Positions 53,031 to 64,000 of a stretch of 64,000 nt of DNA are shown piece after piece. Source of the DNA: Phoronis australis (taxonomy: Eukaryota; Animalia; Phoronida); contig NMRA01000137.1 in assembly GCA_002633005.1 (NCBI GenBank), positions 820,643 to 884,642 on the forward strand, in the 5' to 3' direction. The notes beneath the pieces were generated by a model. That model saw only the letters and a program-made list of their open reading frames with translations. It did no database searches and had not been told where the DNA came from. Positions within the stretch are counted from its first letter, which is position 1. Each line of letters starts with the position of its first letter. Both the position numbers and the translations under genes were made by a program.

Positions 53031-55357
53031 TTATCGCACTCGGGATTCCACTGTGGTTAAGAATGACACATATTCTTCCGCGATTGCTTGTTCACGGCTC
53101 GACGTAGTAGAGTTACTAGCGGGATGACGAGACATATAGTCTGCGGGATTGTCCTTTTCTGGTCGGTATTCAATCGTAACATTGTATGGCTGCAATCGGA
53201 GCGCCCAGCGGGCTATTCGCGCCGGCGGATTCGGTTTCTTCCATATGGTTGTCAGCGGTTGATGATCGGTGATGATCTTGAAGCTGATCCGTTGATGTAG
53301 ATGTGAAAGTGTTCGCACGCCCATACTACTGTTAGAGCTTCACGCTCAGTCTGGGAGTATCGTGCCTCCACGTTAGTCAAGGCACGACTACCGAACGCAA
53401 TGGGCGTTCTGGCTTGCGTGAGGACGGCTGCGATGCCAAACGGACTTGCATCGACTAGTATGCATGATTCTCACTTGATGTCGAAGAATGCTGTGGTTGC
53501 GGTCTCGGTTAGACTGTCTTGGACGTCTCGAAACGCTGCGTCATGTTCCTCTGTCCATTGCCACGGTACGACTTGCTTTGTTAACTCTCGGAGCGGATGT
53601 GTTATTGTCGCAAAGTTTGGTATGAACCGTGCACTGCACTGTGCCATGCCTAAAAATGAGCGCACTTCAGAGGCATTTACCGGTTTTGCTGCGTCTCGAA
53701 GGGGCTGTACTTTGGCTGGGTCAGGCGAAACGCCATTTTTCGAGAAAACTACACCAAAGAAGCTGATCTTTGGTACACTGAATTCACACTTGTCTGTAAG
53801 ACCAGCGTCGCGGAGACGTCGCAATCTTTGGTCCAGCGCACGATAATGAGATGTTTGGTCAGTTCCATGTACAATGATATCATCGCTGATGTTTCGCGCA
53901 CCCTGAATGCCTGCGATCACTGATTGGATGGTGTCCTGGAACACTTCTGCAGCGGATGACACTCCGAAGCAGAGACGTTTGTACTGAAATGTCCCCAAAT
54001 GTGTCGAGAATGCGGTAATGTATCGGCAAGACGGGTGTAGTGTGAGCTGGTGATAACCTGAGCGTAGATCGATCTTGGAGAACACGGTAGCTCCACTGAG
54101 CTCAGTTATGAGTTCATCCATGGTCGGTGTCACATGCCTAGTGCGGAGGATTGCCTTGTTGGCATCACGCATGTCTACGCACAGTCTTATCTCGTTTGGG
54201 TTCTTTGGCTTCGGCGGAGTTACGATGCCAGAAACCCACGGAGTCAGGCCATTGACTTTCTCGATGATGTCAGCTCTTAACAGCTTGTCTAGTTCTGCTG
54301 CAACTTTGTCTCGGTTATGAAATGGAACACGGCTGTGTTTACGAGCTATCGGCGGTTCGGATTTGGCAATGTATATTGTCACTTGCTTGTCCTTCAGGCA
54401 TCCTATGCCTTTCCACAGTTCGGGATAGCGTGCACGCATCACTTCGACACTAGTCGGTTTGTCAGTGTTGCCAATCGGATCCTGCACAGAGTTCACAAAG
54501 TCATTTTCGGTTTTGAGCACTCCCAGTGCTCTGGCTGTTACCCTTCCCAGCAGGGGTTGGGCATCGCCTTCCAACACAAGGAATTCAGATGACTGCACAA
54601 CAGTGTCACGCACGGAAACATCGGCGGCAAACAGACGGTGACAATGAAGTAGCGGGGATGCATATGGGTAAATACGGCGGCGGCATGATCGCGACTGAAG
54701 ACCACTTTGTTCGAGTTTCGACGCAACTGCTGAGTTTATGATGTTGCACGATGCGCCAGCGTCATTAACAAATTGTGTTTGCACCCCGTTTATTGTGATG
54801 TTTAGCGTCGCCTCCGCACCCGTGGCATATACATCTTCATCGGTGTATTCGTCAGAAGAGAAGTTCTCCTGTGCATCAGTTTGGATTTGTCTGACCGCAT
54901 TGCGTCTGCGGTTTGATGAGCCTTGGCGTTTTGGCTTTGTGCCAAAGCACTTGATCTGGTAGTGCCCCATGCGTCCACACTTGAAGCACTTTATGTTCTT
55001 GGAACACTCACACTCATCGCCAGAGTGTCCGAATTGTCCACAACGTGAGCATTCCTCGGACTGACCATTTGGAGGTGCACGGTTTGTTCGGTTCTGGTTG
55101 CGGCGTGGCGGGTTTTGGTTCCTGTTCTGATTCGGACGCTGCGGCGGGTTTTGTGAACGGTTGTGTCCACGTGGCGGTGGGTGTCGTGGACCGTGAATTC
55201 CTTGGGTATGAAACACTTTTGCGGCACCACTAATGTCCTGCGCTTGCTGCTCGGATGCTTCATTCGCAGCAGCTGTGGCTAGGCATTTGTCTAATGTTAA
55301 GTCCTTTTGAGCCAGTAATTTAGTTCTCAGGTGTTCAGACAGACACTTGTCAATCAC
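53031..55357 (-). pseudogene. Gypsy nucleocapsid, protease, RT and RNase H (disrupted)
   Basis: Two CCHC knuckles (CSRCGQFGHSGDEC, CFKCGRMGHYQIKC), protease DAGAS, RT motifs RLCVDMR, SKIDLRSGYHQ and ISDD, and RNase H motifs DASPFG and TDHQPL. An in-frame stop lies at 53471. Confidence 0.9.
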
Positions 55358-55361
55358 CTGG

Positions 55362-55862
55362 TCAGTGACAAATGACTAGATTTGAGCCAAGCTCACAGTC
55401 TTTCGCAAGCTGGCGAAGACGAGTAAAAAACTGGAGAATGCTCTCACCCTCTGCCTGTTTCCCCTGTCCGAACAGGTGTCGCAGGTACGGCAGGTTTTTG
55501 ATGGGTTTGAAATGTTCTTCCAACTTTTCCTTTGTGGCTGAATAACCCTCTGCCTGTTTCCCCTGTCGGAACAGGTGTCGCAGGTACGGCAGGTTTTTGA
55601 TGGGTTTGAAATGTTCCTCCAACTTTTTCTTTGTGGCTGAATATGTGTTAGGCGGATCGGGTAGGGTAAAGAAAATGTCCTGGACGTCGGGTCCAGCGCT
55701 GTGTAACAACAGCTGACGTTTCTGTCTATCGTCTGCGCACCCAGTGGCATCGGCGTAAAGTTCAAAACCGCGAATCCAACGCTCCCATCGTTGGTATGTC
55801 GTCGCTGTATCGCCGTTCGGGTCAAATGGTGCAATCGAAGTAACGTTTATGTTCACTGCCAT
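55362..55862 (-). pseudogene. Gypsy Gag N-terminus with a 99-bp internal tandem duplication
   Basis: WERWIRGFELY...LLLHSAG...Q..GESI.QF..RLR.LA..C is a typical Gag pattern. The duplicated units are 55446-55544 and 55545-55643. Confidence 0.85.
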
Positions 55863-55971
55863 GGTTCAACTTACTGCGGTTTTCGGTGAAATGGTCGGTT
55901 TCTCGGGTTATCGGTGGGTTGACAGCTACTATTCTCGTCGCCAGATGCAGTGTTGTAACTCTGGATGGCAG

Positions 55972-56315
55972 TGTATCAGCTTGATGGGCGTGTCATCTCC
56001 GTCTGGTTCGGCGTCACGTGTCGTTTGTTTGCCAAACAAGACATTTCGCGAGGTCATTACCCTCCCATTCCTGCAGAGAACGAAATAGCCTTTATTAATT
56101 GGATTGATGCCAAGGTAAATTCCGGGTTCACCGCGCTTGTCGAATTTCTGCTTGTGACCCTCGATGTATGCAGTGCACTGTGTTTCGAATGCATGTATGA
56201 GTCGCATGTCGGGTTTTTGATCACAGAACAGTTCGTAAGCTGTTGTTTTTGTTCTCTGTTGAAAACTTCTGTTTCGCAGGTACTGCAGGCTGGAATTTTT
56301 GGGAATTTTTATCTT
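55972..56315 (-). mobile_element. Copia (Ty1) pol fragment (integrase C-terminal region)
   Basis: YLRNRSFQQRTKTTAYELFCDQKPDMRLIHAF..C.AY..KFDKRGEPGIYLG...KGY....VMTSRNVLF matches the Copia KLDxR...G.F.GY...SRNV.F signature. Confidence 0.8.
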
Positions 56316-56829
56316 TTACTATAAGATTCAGTGGGTATGTTCAGAGCTATGAATTGCAGACGCTAAATTTTGGTACTTCCTGTCTTCTAGTGGAATTTTG
56401 TCTCATTTTCTACTTTTTTCGGAATTCGGACTTCTCTGACTGAGAAATTTACATTAAAATAATTCGAATACATCTTATATTTTTGCACAAAAAACACGAA
56501 AATTGAACAAAGTTTCTTTTTTATAGCAACGTTTGTCAAAACGTATCAACGTTAAATCTTCATAAATTACAAAGTAGCCGATTGAACATGCCTTTCAGTT
56601 CAGCAAAAGTCGCCATGTTGTCGGTGCCGCCACTGAGAAATGATACGAAGTCCAACGGGAATTGTGAGCACATTTATCACTTAATGAGTAACTGAAAGCT
56701 GAAATTTGGTGAACACTGTTAAATCATGCAGAATAGTAAGTAAAGATATGTCTAACTAAATTTCACCGTAATTTGTTGGCGAAAGCAATTTACACAAAGT
56801 TTTAAAGACGAAGGCAACCTTTTTCCATG

Positions 56830-57540
56830 TCATTTTGAGCTAAAATAAGGTTGGTTGGTTATCCTAGACATATTTTCCACTTAATCACAGCTTTTCGTAA
56901 TTTTATTAATTACTCGTCCGCTACTCCTGAAGTGACGTTTTAGGAGGCAAGCATTTCGCGCCAATTTCTTTTCATATAGTCTGACTGTGAGAGCTGCCGA
57001 GTCAATAGTCTTACTGTGAGAGCTGCCGAGTCAGTCATTGTTCTACCTCAGTTGTGTTAAGTTCCGTCGTCGTTTGCTTTCATTTACTAATCAGTCAACA
57101 TGCCACACTGTTGCTGCGTACCAGGATGTACTAATTATCGGCTCACGCGCGCTTTGGGAGTACCTTTGCATCGCTTTCCGATGGATGACAAACTTCGCCG
57201 TACTTGGCTCGTTGGTGTGAAGAACGCAGCGTTACCCGTCCACGTAACGTACAAAGCAGTGTAGAACCGTGTGTGTGGCAAGCACTTTCTGCCGTCCGAC
57301 TACGAAAGGTATTTGTACGCTGAACTCAGTGATGAAGGTCCCTGCGAAACAACGTCTGAAGAAGGATGCCATTCCGTCTGTGTTGACTCCTGGCAGTGCC
57401 CCGTCGCAACCCCCGAGAAGTGCGTTTTTGAAGCGAGAAGCCTCGCGAGCTGTGGCCAGTACTGTGACTGGAGCCAGTGGAGGCACTTCATCTACTGTCA
57501 CCCGTGCCTCCGAACGACCCCAGAGCGTGCAATTCCTGGN
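56830..57540 (+). mobile_element. 5' portion of a THAP-encoding (Kolobok-type) element
   Basis: The ATG at 57100 opens MPHCCCVPGCTNYR...LHRFP..W; after frameshifts come VCGKHFLPSDY and RLKKDAIPS. It is homologous to 29688-30538. Confidence 0.75.
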
Positions 57541-58938
57541 TCTAAATACAGGCTGACTTAGGCTACTAACAAGGTGGGAGGTTTTTTATTTTATCAGGAT
57601 CAGACGTTTGACTGAACAGTGATCTTGAAATTTTGAATTTTCATGCGAATCTTTTCTTAACATTGTTCATGCAATTTTTTTGTTACAGATTCCTTACCAA
57701 TCAGTGTCTTAATGATTCTTCGTAATTGACAGCCATCATGACTTGCCATGGGAACAAGTTTATCATTAAGATAATGACTTAGCAACAGGTCTGTTAAGGT
57801 TTTGTCAGTCATTGTCAGTCATTCATGCCATCATTTGTCAGTGAGGCAAAACAAAAACGATTATTTTCACCTATTTAGACTTCCTTCATACCTTAGTTTT
57901 CACCTGGTAGATTGTCATAAATTGGCATTTGGGAAAGATTTTTTACAGTTGCAGCCATTGAAAAATAGAAAAAGAACAGTTTTGGTAAGTGTTTTTGTGT
58001 GAAATGAGTGAAGAGTTCCTGTACTTAGATTACAAGGGAGGCTCGGGGGGGGGNGGGGGGGCTTGAACAAGCTGTCCTCTATTTGGGAAAGTGGGCAAAA
58101 AGGTCCGCCTCAGAGAAACAAAAATTCGGAAAAAAGTAGTAAACATAATATGGCCGACACAGGAAATCCTGTTTTGTGAAGCATCTCCACAAAAACCAGG
58201 ATTAAGAAAGTTTTTGTCTTGAAATGTGGAGATGTTGTAAAACAACTTTCAATTATTTGCACTAAAGTAACCAACATCTAAAAAATAGAAAATATGCCAA
58301 AAAATTTATCATACTGGGAGGGAGCGGTTATTAGATTCATGGTCTTGTTTGTTGGCAGCTCAATAACAGCAGTTGTTTTTCCCATAACTCACACCCATTG
58401 GAGTGTGCGCCCATTCAGTTTGTGCAACCAATTAAATGACTGGGTCAAAGCAATGTTGGGAATCACAATTGTCTTTTATAAAGCATTGATATTTACAGAA
58501 TTACAACACCCCAAATCTTCACCCCTATATATTCATTGTACAGCCTGTTACAAATTATGGCCTGTTCACACCAAAGCAGTTATATCTTTTAAATCTGATT
58601 TAAAGGTTGGGTTGTTTAAAAACTGTTGCAAAAGCTTTAACTGCAGCACCTTTATAACCCTCTGTGAGGGTGGTACAGCAAGCAGTTGTAAATAGGTGTG
58701 AACAGTCAGTGCAGTTTCATGTGTTCTCCACTTGAACTTGCGCTAGAACAAGTTACTCCTGGAATGAGTTGTCGATAGGTTTGGAGGCTGTGTGGACGCT
58801 ATTAAACTAGTGCAACTTACCCCCACCTTATTTAGGTAGGGTGACTTGTTCTAGGGTAACTTGCGCCACTTCTAATTCCTGTGTGGCTGCAAACCTGGGG
58901 CAAGGCAGAAATAATTATCAGCTGCGGATCATACAGAC

Positions 58939-61648
58939 TGTAGTAGTATCGCGTAGTGATTCCCTCTCGCTAGCCGGGTGAATACATGTGTTGCATAGAC
59001 CCCCAGAGGCTCAACGCCAGTCTCAAGAGATGCCCTCACAAGATTCCTACCCTGGAAGAGCTCCAACCCCACTTCGCGCATGCAAAGATCTTCAGCAAGC
59101 TCGACGCCAAAGCCGGCTACTGGTCGGTCCACCTAGACGAGAAATCACAACTCCTCACCACCTGCCGCACCCCCTTTGGACGGGTCTGTTGGACTAGACT
59201 TCCTTTCGGGCTTTGTGTCTCCCAGGACATCTTTCAAGCTCGGATGGATCAGATCCTGGAAGGCCTACCTGGTGTCGTAGGAATCGCCGATGACGTCGCC
59301 GTTTTTGGCGCAACCGCACAGGAACATGACGAAAACCTTCGCCGGTTGATGGCCCGGGCAGCGAAGTGCGGCCTCGTTTTCAACAGCTCTAAGTGCGTAA
59401 TTAAACAGACCAGTATATCCTTCTTTGGCAATCTTTACACCGACAAGGGCGTCCAGCCTGACCCCTCTAAAATCCACGACATCCATCACATGCCCTCCCC
59501 CCAGTGCAAGGAAGATCTACAACGGTTTATGGGCATGCTCACCTACTTGTCCCAGTACATACCTAACTTCGCTGAGAAGGCCCACCCGTTACGCTGTCTC
59601 CTAAAAGCTAACTCTGCATGGACATGGGATCAGTCATATGAGAAGTGCTACCAGGAATTGAAAACCCTGGTTACTCCTGACTGCACACTGTCGTACTACG
59701 ATGCGACAAAGACCCTCACCCTAGAGGTCGACGCCTCTCAAAAAGGACTCGGAGTCGCTCTTATCCAAGACGGACAACCTGTGGCCTTCGGCTCAAAGAC
59801 ACTCACTGCCTGTCAATCCCGCTACTCAAACATCGAGAGGGAGATGTTGGCTATAGTGTACGGAGTACAGAGATACCACACATACCTATACGGCAAAGCA
59901 TTTGTCATCGTTACGGACCACAAGCCACTAGTCACCATATGCTCCAAGCCACTCCACTCTACACCTCCAAGACTCCAACGAATGTTAGTGAAGATACAGG
60001 GGTACAATTTTGAGATCACGTACAGACCTGGCAGCCAGATGACACTCCCCGACACCCTCAGTCGACTACCAAACCCCGAGAACGACTCAGATATAGAACT
60101 CGACGAGAGAATCAATGCCATTGACATAACAACTGCCATCGTCAACTTCTCAGAATCCAAACAAACCCGCCTGCGAGAAGAAACCGCACGTGACCCAGTA
60201 CTCAACTTTATCAAGGAGATCGCTTACCAAGGATGGCCAGACAACATCAAAGACCTGCCCGAACGAGCAAGACCCTACTGGTCGTTTAGAGACGAATTAG
60301 CCGTCGAAGCAGGTGTTCTGTTCAAGGGACGACAAATCATTATCCCAAACACGATGAAGGAAGACATCTTGCGACAACTTCATGACAGCCACCAAGGTGT
60401 GGAGAAGACAAGACGATTGGCCCGCGAGAGCGTATACTGGGTCGGAATAAGCGCCGATATCGAAAGGCTGTGCAAGTCTTGTCCACTCTGTCAAGAATTC
60501 CAGGATGCCAACCCTCGTGGAGGCATCACACCACACGACGTTCCCTCACGACCATGGCAACTTATTGCCTCTGACCTGTTTGAAGTCGACGGCAGACAGT
60601 ACTTGCTGACCGTAGACAGATACTCCAAGTTCCCTCTGCTTGACGAGATGGGCACTTCAGCCACAAGCCAAGCTGTAACAAAGAAGATTAGAGATTATTG
60701 TGCTCTGTTCGGAAGACCCGACGAGATTATGACGGACAATGGACCCCAGTACACTGGACCTTCATTCAGAGAATTCATATCGTCATGGGACATAAAGCAT
60801 GTCACAAGCTCACCCCACTATCCCCGCAGCAATGGCTTCATAGAAAGACATGTCCGTCATATCAAATCAGTGGTCAAGAAGTGTTTTCTTCAAAAGTCAG
60901 ACACCGCACTTGCACTGCTCCAGCTAAGAGCCACACCCATAGACGCGAAACTTCCGTCTCCAGCGGAACTTCTCTTTGGTCGCCCAGTTGTTACCAATCT
61001 CCCTAGCCACTCTGTTCCTGGACGGGATGAGCATCGTCAGCAGCTAGAAGCAAGAGCCAACGACATGTGCACACAACAGCAGCAATCTAGCTCACGTAGG
61101 CTTCCACCGCTGCTCCCAGGCCAGAACGTCCGTATTCTAAATAAGGAGAAGAAAACGTGGTCCCCTGGCACGATTGTCGACAAGGACGGCAACCCGGACA
61201 GCTACATTGTGTGTACCCCCAACGGTACCCATCTCAGGAGAACAAGATGTCAACTGCGTGACTCTACCCCAAGGCGTGTGCATTTTAGCGATGCAACAGT
61301 TCCAGCAGCTGACAAGGACAAATCTACCACCACTACCGTTCAGCTGAACGCACCCAGGAGATCAGGAAGAAAGACTTCCCGACCCGAACGATTCAAGGAC
61401 TTTGTGTGATTATGACTAGTGACAGTTATAAGAAACATTCACCAGTAACATACACTGTTGTTCCTATTAGACTAAGCCAGTTATGCTCGTTAGTGTTCAT
61501 AGTTTGTCACCCTTTACCTTTGTGACAGGAGGGATGTAGTAGTATCGCGTAGTGATTCCCTCTCGCTAGCCGGGTGAATACATGTGTTGTGTGTCAGACT
61601 CCAGTCGCTGTTTTCAATACACACTTATAACGGCCAGCTATCACTACA
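58939..61648 (+). mobile_element. Young Gypsy LTR element with PBS, gag and protease deleted
   Basis: 5-bp TSD CAGAC at 58934-38 and 61649-53. Complete 114-bp 3' LTR at 61535-61648 (TGTAGT...ACTACA) and PPT GACAGGAGGGA. The 5' LTR retains only its first 55 bp (58939-58993), identical to the 3' LTR. Confidence 0.95.
58986..61409 (+). CDS. Uninterrupted RT-RNase H-integrase ORF (807 aa) of the Gypsy element
   Basis: RT motifs CIDP, SKLDAKAGYW, LPFGL and IADD. RNase H motifs DASQKGLG, EREML and TDHKPL. Integrase motifs LHDSHQG..CPLC, SDLF, TDNGPQY and NGFIER. Confidence 0.9.
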   Translation: MCCIDPQRLNASLKRCPHKIPTLEELQPHFAHAKIFSKLDAKAGYWSVHLDEKSQLLTTCRTPFGRVCWTRLPFGLCVSQDIFQARMDQILEGLPGVVGIADDVAVFGATAQEHDENLRRLMARAAKCGLVFNSSKCVIKQTSISFFGNLYTDKGVQPDPSKIHDIHHMPSPQCKEDLQRFMGMLTYLSQYIPNFAEKAHPLRCLLKANSAWTWDQSYEKCYQELKTLVTPDCTLSYYDATKTLTLEVDASQKGLGVALIQDGQPVAFGSKTLTACQSRYSNIEREMLAIVYGVQRYHTYLYGKAFVIVTDHKPLVTICSKPLHSTPPRLQRMLVKIQGYNFEITYRPGSQMTLPDTLSRLPNPENDSDIELDERINAIDITTAIVNFSESKQTRLREETARDPVLNFIKEIAYQGWPDNIKDLPERARPYWSFRDELAVEAGVLFKGRQIIIPNTMKEDILRQLHDSHQGVEKTRRLARESVYWVGISADIERLCKSCPLCQEFQDANPRGGITPHDVPSRPWQLIASDLFEVDGRQYLLTVDRYSKFPLLDEMGTSATSQAVTKKIRDYCALFGRPDEIMTDNGPQYTGPSFREFISSWDIKHVTSSPHYPRSNGFIERHVRHIKSVVKKCFLQKSDTALALLQLRATPIDAKLPSPAELLFGRPVVTNLPSHSVPGRDEHRQQLEARANDMCTQQQQSSSRRLPPLLPGQNVRILNKEKKTWSPGTIVDKDGNPDSYIVCTPNGTHLRRTRCQLRDSTPRRVHFSDATVPAADKDKSTTTTVQLNAPRRSGRKTSRPERFKDFV

Positions 61649-64000
61649 CAGACAGGCCTTCTTTTGCGTCCTACCCATATTCACATTAACTGTTCATTGT
61701 CATGCACAGAACAATGGCTGCCTTACTTACCCTAGTTATCAGATATATGTGTGTGTGTGTGTGGGCCGATAAGTTGCGATAGTGCAAGGTGCTCCAGGGT
61801 AGGCTGTTCAGGACTGGTATTTGTTGAACATGAATCTATTGTTGACTAATAAAATTTTGTTTTCATTCTTAATCAAAGATAAGTAGCACTAAATAAATGC
61901 TATTACACTTTAAAGGTCTAGAGGCCATGACTACCGTACCTTCAGACTGTTTCCTGAGAAATTGTGCACATTCAAAACGATGACAAAAGCTTTTGAAAAA
62001 TAAAGAAAGACCAATTTTGGAATTATTTCTGTCCAAAATTGACGAGATTTTCCTGTAGTTGAAAATTTGGAGATAAGCTATGACCTAGTCTAATGGCCTT
62101 TTGCAATAGGTATTTTATTGGCAGAATAACGTTCTTTCTTGACTAAAGAATTTTAGACCCAATGCGAAAGGTGATATAGAGCGGTCTCAATTTAATATGG
62201 TACTAAATTTAGTATTTTTGAAAAGACCGGGCTAGCGAGCTTTACGAAGTTGGTCCTATTATGTATGCGCAGTATGCAAGGTTTGGTCTGGACTAATTGC
62301 TCGACCGTCCTAAATTTTCTCTGCACTTCACGCGAGTGCGGAGTTCTTCCCGCCATTTCGCACACTCTCGACGTTGATGTTATTTCCGTCTACTTACTCT
62401 TCACTGTAAAATTTTTATCTTAAACATGTCTCAAAATAAGAGTGACAATTGGTGGTCGGATGTAGTAGAGATTGTTAGAAGTATTACTGGAGTGACATCT
62501 CTTGTTTGGAGTGACATCTCTTGTTTAGTACATAAAGCTTCAATGTTAGAGCGATGGAGTGTTTAAGTCCTGTCAAGTGAGAAAGGTGACAGGTACAGTA
62601 GGTTATCACCCTGATCTAAAATATGTTCCTACATCAAACTAGTCCAGACTAACCCTAATGTGAAAGCAGCTTTAGTTGATGTGATTTGAGGACAATAACC
62701 TCTGCAGTCTGCACTTGTGTTCCTTTTATGCTACAGCTTGGAAACTGGTCGGTTGGAACTAATGCTGTTGTTTGCTCTGTAAAAAGAAAAAACAGCAGCA
62801 GTTGTTAGGGTCATCTCAGTGTAATATGTTTTAAAAAGAGGTGAATATCTCTCTCTGCATGATAGAAAGTGTAAGAAGACCTTCATATCTTGTGAACATC
62901 ATGTTCTGAGGTTGGTTTCTATAGTTAAGTAGGGTAAGGCGCTTTCATGCTAACTTAACTCCGTTATGAGCTGAGCGTTGACGCAAACTGCGAAGTTAAT
63001 TGAATTGTTCATACCAGCTTCGGTAAGTAATGGCATTGAAGTAACTGTTAGGTGACGCTGTCGTCATCGAAATGATAGCAAGGTAGCGGTGGTGCATCAC
63101 GGTGGTGCATCACGTGTGCGCTAACATTTTTTAATGTGACAACTTGAGAACATTTATGTGTGCTAATTGACGTAGAACTTATTTCTAATTCAATTGGTCA
63201 TTATTCAAGCAAATTCTAAGCATCAATAAGTGATGACACTACCCTTTAATTGTTGACGACAGCAGTGGCTCCTGGCGATAACTTAGATGAGACCGAAGTT
63301 AACCGTTCATACTAACCGCAACTCCTCAAAAACATGGGCTCCTCAACGTTAGTGTGGAAGGGCCTTAAGAAGGTTAAATATAATTGATCTGTACTTATTT
63401 GATTGGATGCCCTGTAGGGTTGAGGGCAGGTGTTTGTGCTGGTAGTGGTAGAGGTGGTAAGTCTTTGGTCATTGCAATAAAAAATAATTGCCAAAATTGT
63501 CTCTTATTCTGCCACAAATACAGGCAGGTAGAAATTGTCAACCTTTCACGGACTTTTGACTGTTCATAAATCTTATAGTATTTAGCGAGCTCAAATTTCT
63601 TACAGCCATAAAGAAAGAATCTTATTGATTTTTTCGAAAGTTACCTGTAAGTTCTTTTTAAAACTGATGTAGTTAGATTTTTCTAGTGTGTCGCAGTCAA
63701 GTATGTGTCTTCAACTTGATGATACATTCAGATTCTAGTCAAAATCTATGGAACATTTACTAATGGGGTGACAACAATTTTCTGTCCTTACGACAACAAT
63801 TTTTTGTCCATAGGACAACTAGACAGTGCTTACGATGAAGTTTCACCAGTTAAAGACACAATATGATGGTAACTGAAACTTGCATTTTTCATTAAAATAA
63901 GTAATTCCAAATAAACAATTTTATCATTATGTTTGATTGTAGAACTCTAACTAAGAAATTGTTTTAAGATTGAGGATTGTCACAATGAAGGAGCCCTTGT

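Larger units (their letters stand above)
51374..55971 (-). mobile_element. Gypsy (Ty3/Metaviridae, Mag-like) LTR retrotransposon, degenerate, 5' LTR truncated
   Basis: 3' LTR at 51374-51525, PPT at 51526-38 and PBS TGGCGACGAG at 55943-34. Domain order is gag-PR-RT-RH-IN, broken by stops and frameshifts. Only 26 bp of the 5' LTR remain (55946-55971). Confidence 0.93.

Overview
Eukaryotic (metazoan, probably marine invertebrate) scaffold segment: AT-rich, with spliceosomal introns, many transposons and one 779-N assembly gap. There are no prokaryotic operons, CRISPR arrays or rRNA. The one well-supported host gene is a minus-strand TRP ion channel. I reconstruct three coding exons, 27579-27532, 25664-25500 and 25080-21295, all joined in phase 0 (~1332 aa). 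It combines a TRPV-type linker, pore and TRP helix with ~18 ankyrin repeats and a C-terminal coiled coil, and ~95% of the CDS lies in one 3.8-kb exon. The rest is mostly mobile DNA: two short-LTR Gypsy elements with truncated 5' LTRs (one keeps an intact RT-RNaseH-integrase ORF opened by an LTR-derived ATG), a Copia fragment, a pogo-like DDE+PHD element interrupted by a LINE tail, several Kolobok, ISL2EU-like and P-like remnants, L1/Tx1 remnants, tRNA-derived SINE heads and many MITEs. All family assignments come from motif recognition by eye; no searches were run.
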